Positions 20,139 to 30,020 of a DNA stretch of 64,000 nt are shown piece after piece; the first letter of the stretch is position 1, and every line of letters starts with the position of its first letter. Made by a program: the position numbers and the translations under genes. This DNA comes from an uncultured delta proteobacterium (GTDB lineage Bacteria; Myxococcota_A; Polyangia; Fen-1088). The DNA lies in contig CAVTRY010000012.1 of NCBI GenBank assembly GCA_963737265.1, positions 352,001 through 416,000 of the forward strand, read 5' to 3'. The notes below the pieces were generated by a model, which ran no database searches, was not told the origin of the DNA, and was given only the letters and a program-made list of their open reading frames with translations.

Positions 20139-21305
20139 ATGCGGATTCTCCAGGTCGTCGACTCGCTCGACCCGATCTACGGCGGTCCGCCCGCGGTTGT
20201 TCTTCGTCTCTCGGCCGCTCTCGCACGCGAAGGCGCGCAGGTGACCCTCTACAGTCAAGAACGCTCGGGGCGTGAAACCGATATCGCATCAACCCTGCGA
20301 GGCATTCCCGGCATCGAATCGGTTCGCCGAGTTTCCGAAGTCTGCGACCGCCGCGGCGCTAGACTGACAGGACGTCCCGCGCGGGATTTTCTGCGCAGGT
20401 CGGGCAGCGAATTCGACGTCGTGCATGTCCACGGGCTTTGGCGCCCGGGTCTGGCGGCCATTCTGCGCGAATCGTTCATGCGGTCGTGCCCCTACGTCAT
20501 CACCCCGCACGGAATGCTGGCGCGCTGGAGCTTGGCCCAGAAACCCCTGCGCAAGAAGATCGCCCTGGCCGCTACCTGGCGAAAGCTGATTCGACGAGCG
20601 TCGTTCGTGCAGGCCCTGACCCAGGCCGAGGCGCGGGACTTTGCCGCCCTTGGCATCGAGTGCCCGGTGGACATCGTCCCAAACGGCTTCTTCCTGGAAG
20701 AGATGGGCGAACTGCCGGCGCCAGGATCGTTTCACTCGACCCATCCCGAGCTTGGCGGCCAACCCTTCATCCTCTTCTTGGGCCGGCTTCACTACGTCAA
20801 GCGCGTGGACTGGCTCGTTCGCGCCTTCGCCAAGCTGGCCGCGAACGACGCGGACGTGCGCCTGGTTCTGGCGGGACCCGACTGCGGAACGCGTCCCGAT
20901 ATCGAACGCGAAGCGAAGTTCCTTGGGCTTGACGGCCGGATTCACCTTGTTGGTCCGCTGTACGGCCAGCAGAAATATGCCGCGTTCGTGGACGCCCGCT
21001 GCTTCTGCCAGCCCAGCGTGTACGAAACCTTCAGCATGTCGATCCTGGAAGCCATGGCCTGCGGCCTGCCGCCCGTCATCACCCGCGGCTGCAACTTCGA
21101 CGAAGTGGAAACCTCTGGCTCCGGACTCGTTGTCGAGAGCGAGGCCGAGCTGGCGGATGCCCTTGGCAAGCTGTGCAGCGACGCCGACGCACGCGCCACC
21201 GCCGCCAAGAAAGCGCGCGACCTGGTCGTCGCCAAATACACCTGGCCCGTCGTCGCCCGGCAAATGCTCGCCCGATACCAAGCGCGCCTGACGAGCAAGC
21301 GGTAG
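20139..21305 (+). CDS. Glycosyltransferase family 4
   Basis: VHVHGLW, TPHGML, FLGRLH, ETFSMSILEAMACG. Confidence 0.9.
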   Translation: MRILQVVDSLDPIYGGPPAVVLRLSAALAREGAQVTLYSQERSGRETDIASTLRGIPGIESVRRVSEVCDRRGARLTGRPARDFLRRSGSEFDVVHVHGLWRPGLAAILRESFMRSCPYVITPHGMLARWSLAQKPLRKKIALAATWRKLIRRASFVQALTQAEARDFAALGIECPVDIVPNGFFLEEMGELPAPGSFHSTHPELGGQPFILFLGRLHYVKRVDWLVRAFAKLAANDADVRLVLAGPDCGTRPDIEREAKFLGLDGRIHLVGPLYGQQKYAAFVDARCFCQPSVYETFSMSILEAMACGLPPVITRGCNFDEVETSGSGLVVESEAELADALGKLCSDADARATAAKKARDLVVAKYTWPVVARQMLARYQARLTSKR

Positions 21306-21351
21306 GCGACGCCGCGGAGCTTGTCCCCGCCCTGGGCTCACGGACTGACGG

Positions 21352-21434
21352 AGACGCGCTCCCTTTTGCAGCGTCTTCTCGGTTTTCGACACATCTTCCG
21401 TCACGCCTACGCCATCGACCTGGACGGCGCCCGC
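21352..21434 (+). pseudogene. Internal fragment of the HEPN toxin gene (about 7934-8016)
   Basis: Near-identical nucleotide match with a small indel. Confidence 0.85.
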
Positions 21435-21485
21435 GCGCAATAGCCCGCGCAACAAACCGCGCGCAACAAACCGCGCGCAACATGC
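21433..21485. repeat. Short tandem repeat (gcgcgcaacaaacc, about 4 units)
   Basis: Direct inspection. Confidence 0.75.
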
Positions 21486-21490
21486 GGCCG

Positions 21491-21949
21491 CACATGGCGG
21501 ACCTGCCAGCCCATGCGGCGAGTCCTTCGCCAGATGGGGCGATCCCTGTGAGCCCGTGCCATGGCTCCGACCGTGGGTGTAGCGGCCATGTCGGCAGACA
21601 CGGCGGCCACTTCGGCAGACACGGCGGTCGTGTCGGCGGGTGGGGCGGATCTGCACGCGCATACTGCGGACCCGCAGGCACACGCGGCGAACCTGCACGC
21701 GTATACGGCGGATCTGCCAGCGCATGTGGTGAGTCCGTCGCCAGATGTGGCGATCTCGCGAGCCTGCGCCATGGCCACGTCCGCGGATGTGGCGGCCATA
21801 TCGGCAGACACGGTGGACCTGCAGGCGCACACGGCGGCCATGTCGGCAGATGGGGCGGACCTGCACGCGCATACGGCGGATCCGCAGGCGCACACGGTGG
21901 TCATGTCGGCGCATACGGCGGGCAAGTCGACAGATACGGCGGGCCGCAC
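21491..21949. repeat. Degenerate 21-bp tandem array (about 22 units)
   Basis: Units such as gacacggcggccacttcggca, catacggcggatccgcaggcg, gatggggcggacctgcacgcg. Confidence 0.85.
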
Positions 21950-21951
21950 CC

Positions 21952-22176
21952 CCGCGCAGCCGCGACGTCGAGTACGCCCATTCAGGTTACCGATCATGGC
22001 AAACCTGTTGCCGTGCTGACAAAGCCCGCCCTGCTTCTGCGCAAGCGACGGCGGCGCACACTGCTGCCCGAGTACAAGGCCCTGCTGTCCCGTGCGTCGA
22101 CAGGAGACATTCTCGACGACCTGGCAGCGGTCCGGGGCGATCGATGATCGCCTGCGACACGTCCGCGGTGGCCTAG
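21952..22176 (+). pseudogene. Headless Phd antitoxin plus 10-codon PIN stub, paralog of 15498-16171
   Basis: PIQVTDHGKPVAVL...DDLAAVRGDR* then MIACDTSAVA*. Confidence 0.85.
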
Positions 22177-22276
22177 GCAATCCGGCTGGGGATAGTTGGA
22201 AAGAACCGTCGCACATCGCCATCATAACTGTGCCTCGCCGATTGGGTTGGGCCAGTGTAGGATTTGAGTTAGCTCA

Positions 22277-22576
22277 ATGAGCCCGCACCTGCACTTCAAG
22301 GGCGAGGTGATCGCTGCCTTTTGCCGCCGGAACCACATCCGAAAGCTCGCATTTTTCGGTTCGGTGCTGCGTGCCGATTTTCGTGACGACAGCGACATCG
22401 ACGTGCTGGTGGAGTTCGAACCGGGCCAGGTCCCGGGCTTCGCCTTCTTCGGTCTGGAGGACGAGCTTGGTCTCCTCCTGGGACACAAGGTCGACTTGCA
22501 TACGCCCGCCTCTCTCAGCGACCACTTCCGCGATCGGGTCCTTCGCGAAGCCGAGCCCGCCTATGTCGCTGCATGA
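22277..22576 (+). CDS. mntA: MntA-like nucleotidyltransferase antitoxin
   Basis: FGSVLRADFRDDSDIDVLVEF (GSX10DXD). Confidence 0.88.
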   Translation: MSPHLHFKGEVIAAFCRRNHIRKLAFFGSVLRADFRDDSDIDVLVEFEPGQVPGFAFFGLEDELGLLLGHKVDLHTPASLSDHFRDRVLREAEPAYVAA

Positions 22577-22904
22577 TCCCCTCATCGCGCTCGCTCAGAT
22601 GCGCGACCATGCGCAGGAGGCAATGGCCCTTCTGGCGGGCAAGAGCCGGACGAATCTGGAAGCCGACCGTGTTCTGTGCCTCGCCATCGTTCGGCTAATT
22701 GAAATCCTCGGCGAGGCGGCAAGAAGAGTTCCCAGCGAGATGCAACAAGTGTACCCGAGCATTCCCTGGTCCCACATCATTGGGATGCGCAATCGTTTGA
22801 TTCATGGGTACGACCGTGTCGATCTAGACATTGTGTGGTCCGTGGTCGTTGCAGACCTTCCGCCCCTGGTGGCGCGGCTCGCGGAAATCACGGCCCGGCG
22901 CTGA
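22563..22904 (+). CDS. hepT: HepT-like (DUF86) RNase toxin
   Basis: EILGEAA, IPW, MRNRLIHGYD (RX4HXY). Confidence 0.88.
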   Translation: MSLHDPLIALAQMRDHAQEAMALLAGKSRTNLEADRVLCLAIVRLIEILGEAARRVPSEMQQVYPSIPWSHIIGMRNRLIHGYDRVDLDIVWSVVVADLPPLVARLAEITARR

Positions 22905-23049
22905 TCGACGGCCTTCACGTCGGCGCCATGGACGTGCATCCGACGAGGCGGCCGACGTTTTGGCGGTCGCGACCCAAAGAAAACGCCGGGCTCCGGGCGG
23001 CATGAAGCCAGCGCGAGGAACCCGGCGTCGCGAATGCCAGGGCACAGGC

Positions 23050-23656
23050 CTACGGGGTCGGAGGCGTTGGCTCCGGCGGCGTCGGCGCGGGCGCCGGGTT
23101 CCCGGCAGCGCGCTGACGGTACAGGATGGACAAGTTGAACCTGCCCGAGGCCTGCGGGTCGTGAGAATAGAGCTCGTGGCCAGCATCGTTGATGATCTGC
23201 AGCCCGATGTAGAGCTGGGCCTTCTTGATGTAGAAGTCGGCAAGCGCCACGGGCAGAGCCGGCGCGCGGCTCAGCTCCTGCGCACTATCGGCCGCCTCCA
23301 AGGCGTCGCACACCTTGCGTCCCTCGTCGATCAGCGGCTGGGTCGGCGCCCCCACCGCATCCATCGCCGCGGCGTGCTCGGTGAGCAAGCTCAGAAGCTG
23401 CCTCCCCTGCGCGAGCACCTCGGGCACCATACTTCCAGTCAGCGCATGGGTCATGTCGTCGGGCAGCTTCACACCCGCGCGAATCGCGGCGCTGGAGCGT
23501 GCCGCGCCCTTGCGACCCCACGATTTCACCGCGCGCGTCGCCGTGTGCTGCGTTCCCGTCGCCAGCTTGGCATCTGCCGAGGCGATGGTCTTGCTGTTCC
23601 CAGCCGCGGCAACGGCGTCACGGCAGCGACGTCACCTGGTCCCAATCTGACGCCAT
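23050..23656 (-). pseudogene. Helical hypothetical protein disrupted near its N-terminus
   Basis: GGAGGAG RBS then MASDWDQVTSLP*; coding continues in another frame (RDAVAAAG...FNLSILYR...Pro-rich tail). Confidence 0.55.
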
Positions 23657-23855
23657 GTACTCCTCCTTTTTCTCACGAGTTAAGTACTTCACCACGCCCA
23701 ATACTGCGGCGGAACGTATTTAATGACGCCGTCGGAAGTTGTCAGGCACGACGAAAAGAGGCTCCGCTTGTTAGCGTGATTCTTGTCACAGCGAGAAACG
23801 GGCTTGTCCGGGCAACGTCTCCTTCTTCACGCGGGACGATTGGCAGCTCGAACGG

Positions 23856-24572
23856 TCAGGTCGAGTGAGCCTTTAGGGGGCCACGTCGCAGGTTCCATAC
23901 GCCCAGGTGTTTGCCCGGGTCGAAGGCACCCTCATCAATCGATCCGTCGGGGGGACGAAATCCGAAAGGCTCCAGCGTGAAGTTCAAAGGACGGAATCGG
24001 AAACTCGAAACCTGGTCGGAATTTTGCCGGACGCTGGGATGGTGCGTGACCACCAGCAAATGCCCTGCCGCGCGTTCCAGGTGTGGCAGAGCCAGCGCGA
24101 TATCAGTAAAGGAAAGGTGGTTCAGGCACTCGCGACATAGTACCAAATCGCACTGGGGTAGTTCGTCCTGACAGATGTCGAGGCGGCGGAACGATCGTTG
24201 CTGGCTTCCGAAAATCCGCTGGTTCTGCGCTATCAAATCCTCGACGATGTCGCACCCGACGTATCGCCCGTCGAATGTGATCTGCCGCATCCAGTTGAAG
24301 TCGCCACACGGTGCATCCAGCAAGGAGGCAATACCGTGATCCCGAATCAACGACTCGAGCCCAGCCCGCGTGCCCGTCGTCGCCTGAAGCGTGCTTCCAA
24401 AGCCAGAGGCGCTCTCTGGGTTGCCCCACATGCGCTCGCGGTAGATGGCTGCGAACCGCGCCGACTGGGTCGGATTCTGGAACAAGAACCAGCGCTCCTT
24501 GACGGTGAACCATGCCTTCCTTGCCAAGGGTAGGAGAAACCTGTGGAAAGCGGCGGATGTTGGTCGGTTCAT
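23856..24572 (-). CDS. Class I SAM-dependent methyltransferase
   Basis: SASGFGS, LLDAPCGDFNW, DLVLCRECLNHL. Confidence 0.8.
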   Translation of the reverse strand: MNRPTSAAFHRFLLPLARKAWFTVKERWFLFQNPTQSARFAAIYRERMWGNPESASGFGSTLQATTGTRAGLESLIRDHGIASLLDAPCGDFNWMRQITFDGRYVGCDIVEDLIAQNQRIFGSQQRSFRRLDICQDELPQCDLVLCRECLNHLSFTDIALALPHLERAAGHLLVVTHHPSVRQNSDQVSSFRFRPLNFTLEPFGFRPPDGSIDEGAFDPGKHLGVWNLRRGPLKAHST

Positions 24573-24659
24573 CTGAACTCGGTGTTTGGACGGCGAGAAT
24601 AGGTCACTGCTACTTCCTGCGCACGGGAAAACTGGCGGGAATGATAGGGCCGCGCCCTG

Positions 24660-25275
24660 TCAGCCTTTCTTCCGAAATGCCATGATCATACCGTTCCAGA
24701 TGAACGGAATTGGGCGACCAGCCCCGATGAACTGCACATTTGATGTGGCCGCCGTCCCAGAGTGCGGTAAGCGAACGATCAATTCTGTTGGTTACGGCGA
24801 GCAAGATGTTCTTCACGTAGCCCCAGTACGGCGTCGTGACAATCACGAGTCCCCCTGGGACCAACGCTTCCTTGGAACGCTGAACGAAGGTTCTCGGGCT
24901 GTACAGGTGTTCGATCACTTCCACCGAAACGACGGCGTCGAAGGACTGGACGCTGGGGAATGCTGCTCGGTAGTCGTCGTAGACCGACCAATTTGCAAAA
25001 TGGCAGGACGGGTAGCGCTCCTTCGCCCGCAGGATTCCGCCGTCGGAAAGATCGAGTCCGTACATCTCGAAGCCGGCTTCAAGGAGGCTTTGAGTGAAAT
25101 TCCCATCGCCGCAGCCCGCATCGAGCACTCGGTGGATCCTCGGTTCTTGCCGAAGGAGGTTGACGATGTTCCGTAGATACATCGCCTGATGAGGCGGATC
25201 GGGCGATGCGTAGTCGGAATAGGTGTAGTTCGCTTCGGTCATCCGGGTATTCCTTCGCGGCGTTTGCGTCGCCAT
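24660..25275 (-). pseudogene. Class I SAM methyltransferase with short deletion and frameshift near 24738
   Basis: VLDAGCGDG, EVIEHLYSP, WDGGHIK; natural tail VQFIGAGRPIPFIWNGMIMAFRKKG* is out of frame. Confidence 0.75.
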
Positions 25276-25566
25276 TTCGTTCTAACCCGCTCGCGCGTCG
25301 ATTGACTACCTTGCCGGCGGCGCCCGCGACGAGGGTATTCGTAAGCTCGTCGCGTCGTGGTTCATCGACTTTTCCCCCACCCGGCAAGCCCGGCCTAAAG
25401 GAACGGCCAGGTCCGAAACGGCTTGATACAAGTTGACGTTCACCCTAGAAGAAGCCAGCTAACCCATCTATGGGACGGGGAATCATGGAAACAAAGTGCG
25501 GCGGCAGAGCATTCAGAGGCACGGCTGGAGTCTGTCTACCCGAGTCCGGCCCCAGGAGCCAATGAG

Positions 25567-26490
25567 ATGAGGTTTCTAGGCAGCTTGCGCGAGTTCGAAT
25601 CTAGCTTGAAGCTGGTGGTCCGCGGTTATGCCACCCATCCCATGTCCCGCTGGGCACCCTTGCGCGTCGCGCTTAACATGATTAGCTGGCAATTCCGAGC
25701 GCGTATCGACCCAGGCGACCACGAGGTGAAATGGATCGACGGGACCCGCCTGCTCGTTCGCCGCGGGATGACAGGGGCCACCGGCAACGTCTACTACGGT
25801 CTGGCCGAATTTCATGACATGGCGTTTATGCTGCACCTGCTCCGGCCCGAGGATCTGTTCGTTGATGTAGGGGCAAATATTGGGGCCTATTCGGTCCTGG
25901 CCGCGGGAATATGCGGATCGCATGTCGTAGCAATAGAGCCCATTCACGCCACCTGGGTGAGGTTGAACGTGAATCTAGACTTGAATGATCTCCGCTCGCG
26001 GGTGGAGGTCATTGAGGCCTGCATCGGCGATTGTATCGGCTCGGTTCGCATGACCAGAGACCTCGACACGATGAATCGCATCGTTTCGGACGGCGAGATC
26101 GACCCGCCTTACCATGTTGAGGTACCCATGCGGACTCTCGACCAGATTCTTGAGGGGAGGTCGCCCCTACTCATCAAGATCGACACCGAAGGATTCGAAG
26201 GGAATGTTCTGCTCGGCGCCAGACACACCCTGCTATCGCCGTCCCTGCTTGCAGTGAGCGTCGAAGGTGACGCATCGAAGAGCTATCCAAGCCTGGATGG
26301 CCTTACGATTGCCGGTTGGATGAGCAATTTCAATTTCGTTCCCGTCTCATATGACGGCGCCACACGTACCGTCTCGACAGATCCGTTGGCCTTCCCCATG
26401 CGGAACTTGTTGTTCGCCCGGAATCTTGAGGAATGCAAACGTCGACTGGCGTCGGCGCGATCGGTCCGGGTCCTGGGTACGCCGGTGTGA
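25567..26490 (+). CDS. FkbM-family methyltransferase
   Basis: FVDVGANIG, IEP, IKIDTEGFE. Confidence 0.88.
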   Translation: MRFLGSLREFESSLKLVVRGYATHPMSRWAPLRVALNMISWQFRARIDPGDHEVKWIDGTRLLVRRGMTGATGNVYYGLAEFHDMAFMLHLLRPEDLFVDVGANIGAYSVLAAGICGSHVVAIEPIHATWVRLNVNLDLNDLRSRVEVIEACIGDCIGSVRMTRDLDTMNRIVSDGEIDPPYHVEVPMRTLDQILEGRSPLLIKIDTEGFEGNVLLGARHTLLSPSLLAVSVEGDASKSYPSLDGLTIAGWMSNFNFVPVSYDGATRTVSTDPLAFPMRNLLFARNLEECKRRLASARSVRVLGTPV

Positions 26491-26530
26491 GCCCAACAAT
26501 TTGAAGGTTGTCTTGCCTAGCACAGGCCAG

Positions 26531-27670
26531 ATGCATCAGAAGAACGCACGCCAATGGCTCCTTCTCGGTGGCGCACTGTCAGGGTACACCTTTGAGCTTT
26601 TTGAGACCGTTGCCGAGTTGGGCGGCGTGGACGTCCGCTTTCTCTATTGCCCACTCGACAGCCTCCCATCGTTCCAGCACGAACAGACGGGCGGTCTTTC
26701 GGCTGGTCGACTTTGGTGGGATAGGGCGGGATGGTCCGAGATACGAAGATTCGTCCGTGAGCCAGCGCCAGATGCTGTCTTCGTGTACGGCAATCTCCCC
26801 CGCATCAAGATGGCCTACGCTCTTTCCCAGATCCCCGGAGGCGTGCCCGTGTACTACGCAGCAGACACCAATATCGCTTCCCTTGCTGCGTCCCGCTGGA
26901 AGACTCGGATCAGACGGCTGGCTTGTCTGCAAGTGGCGCGAAGAGCTGTTGCGGCGCTGAGCCTTGGAAAGAGCAATCGATCCGCTCTGCAGTTGCTCGG
27001 GTTCAGGCGCGTTATCGACCTGCCATCTTATGCCGTCGACTTCGAGGCCCTGGACCGCGCGTCCGCGGAAACGATTGCACGCGATATTCCGGATGATCGA
27101 CGAAAACTCACGCTCCTGATCATCGCTCGGCTTGTGCCTGCGAAGAACCTACCGGCACTAGCCGCCGCCCTGGCGGCAGATCCAGGGTTGGCGAGCAATG
27201 TTCGGCTCATCATCGCCGGAGAGGGCCCAGATCGGATTGCCTTGGAAACAATCAAGGCCCGTTACCCGAACCTGGATCTTGAGATCCTCGGGGCTGTACC
27301 ACATTCGCAGGTCGGCCGGCTCTTCGCTGCCGCTGATGTTTTTCTCCTGCCGTCGCGGGTTGAACCCTGGGGCATCGTGGTGGTCGAAGCTCTTGGCATG
27401 GGAGTACCGGTCATAGCGACTCCGGAGGTTGGGGCTGCGGTCAGCCTCGCAGACGAGACGCATGCAGTCCTTCTTTCAAAATCCGCCGATCCTGATGACC
27501 TGCTGGCGATGATCCGTGTCTTCAAAGAGCGTCGGGCGTCGATCTCACAACTTGCTCGATTGGCGGCTTCAGGAATTCGGTCGCACTACGGAAGACGCGC
27601 GGTCGCCGGTGCACACCTGCAACTCGTCTACGGGCCGTTCGAAAGATTCGGCAAGTCCACGCTCGGTTGA
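26531..27670 (+). CDS. Glycosyltransferase family 4
   Basis: ARLVPAKN, EPWGIVVVEALGMG. Confidence 0.85.
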   Translation: MHQKNARQWLLLGGALSGYTFELFETVAELGGVDVRFLYCPLDSLPSFQHEQTGGLSAGRLWWDRAGWSEIRRFVREPAPDAVFVYGNLPRIKMAYALSQIPGGVPVYYAADTNIASLAASRWKTRIRRLACLQVARRAVAALSLGKSNRSALQLLGFRRVIDLPSYAVDFEALDRASAETIARDIPDDRRKLTLLIIARLVPAKNLPALAAALAADPGLASNVRLIIAGEGPDRIALETIKARYPNLDLEILGAVPHSQVGRLFAAADVFLLPSRVEPWGIVVVEALGMGVPVIATPEVGAAVSLADETHAVLLSKSADPDDLLAMIRVFKERRASISQLARLAASGIRSHYGRRAVAGAHLQLVYGPFERFGKSTLG

Positions 27671-27680
27671 ATGGCGCCAC

Positions 27681-28916
27681 ATGCGCGTGCTTTTTCTCGC
27701 TACGTACTTTCCACGACCGAGCATTCCCCTCGCGGGAACATGGGCACTCGAACAGGCCAAGGCGTTGGCGGATGTCGTCGACCTCGAAGTGGCGTGCTGC
27801 ACGCCATGGGTACCAGCGGCGTTCGGGATGTTCAGGCGGGCTCGTCCTTGGATCCATGTGCCATCGGTGCACCGCTGGGATCGCGTTACGGCGCGATATT
27901 ACAAGACACTCTACTATCCAGTTCCGCCGTTCAACGCGTGGTCCTTCCCGGATCCTTCCCGCCAGATGTCGCTGGCGTGGCTGTCGGTGCGCGAGCGTCT
28001 GCTCGGGGCAATTGAGCGGTTTCACCCTGACGTCCTCTTCTGTCACCACACGGCCGTCAACGGCTATTTCGCGAGCCGCTTGCGCCCCCTCACTGGTCTG
28101 CCCTATGTGGTCACGGATCATGACTTCGATGAGATATCTCGGTGCATGGTCTTCCCCGGACGCCGGGCCTTCTTCGAGGCGATTCTTCGCGGGGCTTATC
28201 GCCACCTCAGTGTCTCGCGGCGCATGGAGGCGGACGTACGGCGCCTATTTCCCTTTGTTGCGGCCGAAACCCTGTTCAATGGAATCAACCTGCCGACGCA
28301 GGAAAGACCTCCGGTTCCGAGGCCGCCAGAAATACGCGACCGGCTTGTCGTGTTCAGCTCAGGCATGTTCACCGAGCGCAAGGGACTTGTCCTTCTCATC
28401 GAGGCCTTTGCTCGCGTGGCATCCAAACACCCAACGGCGGTTCTTCGCATTGCTGGCGACGGTCGCCTGCGCCAGACGATTGAGGCGACCATCTCGCGGT
28501 GCCGGCTGCAAGATCGCGTGACTCTGCTCGGACTTGTGCCCCACGAAGACATGTTCCGCGAATTCGGCTGGTGCGACCTGTTCGCCCTAGTGAGCTGGGA
28601 TGAGCCCTTTGGCGTCGTCTATGTGGAGGCGATGAGCTCAGGGAAATCCATCATCGCATGTACCGATTGTGGAATCGCCGACATCGTCCAAGATGGCGTC
28701 CACGGCCTGCTCGTTCCGCCCAAGGATGCGGAAGGCGCCGCCTCGGCACTCGACCGTTTGTTGACTTCCGAGTCGGACCGGCAACGCATGGGCAGCCAGG
28801 CCAAGACCTTGGCCCACGACCGCCTGACCTGGGCAGCCAACACCAGTCGCTTAGTCGCAACTTTCGAAGCTAGCCGCGCTCAAGGCTCGGCGACGGCCTT
28901 GCCCAGGTCCCGGTAG
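27681..28916 (+). CDS. Glycosyltransferase family 4 (TuaC-like)
   Basis: ERKG, EPFGVVYVEAMSSG. Confidence 0.88.
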   Translation: MRVLFLATYFPRPSIPLAGTWALEQAKALADVVDLEVACCTPWVPAAFGMFRRARPWIHVPSVHRWDRVTARYYKTLYYPVPPFNAWSFPDPSRQMSLAWLSVRERLLGAIERFHPDVLFCHHTAVNGYFASRLRPLTGLPYVVTDHDFDEISRCMVFPGRRAFFEAILRGAYRHLSVSRRMEADVRRLFPFVAAETLFNGINLPTQERPPVPRPPEIRDRLVVFSSGMFTERKGLVLLIEAFARVASKHPTAVLRIAGDGRLRQTIEATISRCRLQDRVTLLGLVPHEDMFREFGWCDLFALVSWDEPFGVVYVEAMSSGKSIIACTDCGIADIVQDGVHGLLVPPKDAEGAASALDRLLTSESDRQRMGSQAKTLAHDRLTWAANTSRLVATFEASRAQGSATALPRSR

Positions 28917-29962
28917 ACATCGTCCCGAACCTGTCGCGCCCGGTCGATGGCTTCGTGGCCATCCCGTTGTAGCCGCGCGTGGCCCGCGGCTGCGACACGC
29001 GCGCGCGCAGATTCGTTGTCGAGGTAATGGCGGATCTTTGTAAGCATCTCAGTGGGGCTGCGGAAGTACTCGGCTTCGACGCCCTCGGTGAACATTTCCG
29101 CCAGATCCGGAGTGTACTGCGCGAGCATGAACGTTCCAGCAGCCGGGATCTCGAAGCAGCGACGGGTGTAGGTATCGCGATTGAGTCCAGAAAAGAACGC
29201 CAACGCGATCTTCGTACCGTTGACGGCGAGATTGTAGTCTTCCTTGCCCAGGATTCCAACCCGGCCGAATCGTTGCTCGATTCGGGGAAAGAGTGGCGAG
29301 CGGTCCCAGAGCGGCCCCCAGAGGCGAAAGTCTACCTCCGGCACATCGAGCAGGACCGAGATGTAGTCGTCGCGGCCGTCCGACTCCCAGTGGCCGCAAA
29401 ATGAAACGTCGCTACAAGATTCCGCGGAAAGAGGTCGCTGGATGGGATGGTTCAACTCGCGGACAAAGAACGAACGAAGCTGACCGACACACTTGCAACC
29501 CGCGCGCGCGAAGTCCTCGACGTTGCTTCGCCGGTAGGCATAGAGTCGGTCATAAATGGGAATGGACCACCGAAAGTGCTGCCAGACGTACCAGGGGTAC
29601 GCCGATGAAAACGGATTGTCGTTGTGCCAGCCCACCAGATGAACCCCCCGCTGCCTGATTGCGGCCAGTGTGGAAGGCCAAGCCAGACCACCGCGGAACA
29701 GGAACAGGACATCGGGCCTCAATTCCTCCACTCTGCGCAGCAGCTCTAGGTTCAAACGCAGTACGCTGGGCCCCAGGAGCAGCCGAAATTGAGCGCGCAC
29801 CCATCGTCTTCTGTAGGCAGCCCAAGGGCCCCCTGAAACAGGCAGCTGGCAGAAATGGGACTCTTTGAAGGCAAATACTTCTTCGCCCAGCTGAGCCAGA
29901 CGGTTGTAGATGGGCTCGGCGTAGATATGCGTGCTCCAGTCCTCTGCGAGCAGCCACTTCAT
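28880..29962 (-). CDS. CgeB-like glycosyltransferase
   Basis: HNDNPF, DVSFCGHWE, RDTYTRRCFEIPAAG. Confidence 0.8.
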   Translation of the reverse strand: MKWLLAEDWSTHIYAEPIYNRLAQLGEEVFAFKESHFCQLPVSGGPWAAYRRRWVRAQFRLLLGPSVLRLNLELLRRVEELRPDVLFLFRGGLAWPSTLAAIRQRGVHLVGWHNDNPFSSAYPWYVWQHFRWSIPIYDRLYAYRRSNVEDFARAGCKCVGQLRSFFVRELNHPIQRPLSAESCSDVSFCGHWESDGRDDYISVLLDVPEVDFRLWGPLWDRSPLFPRIEQRFGRVGILGKEDYNLAVNGTKIALAFFSGLNRDTYTRRCFEIPAAGTFMLAQYTPDLAEMFTEGVEAEYFRSPTEMLTKIRHYLDNESARARVAAAGHARLQRDGHEAIDRARQVRDDVYRDLGKAVAEP

Positions 29963-30020
29963 TGGGTTCGACCCCTCTTCATGACCACGGAGAACAGAGT
30001 TCTATGATCCAAGGCGTCAC

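Noticed and set aside
21491-21949. Possible CRISPR array
   Set aside because: Contiguous degenerate 21-bp units with no conserved repeat/unique spacer alternation, and no cas genes in the window.
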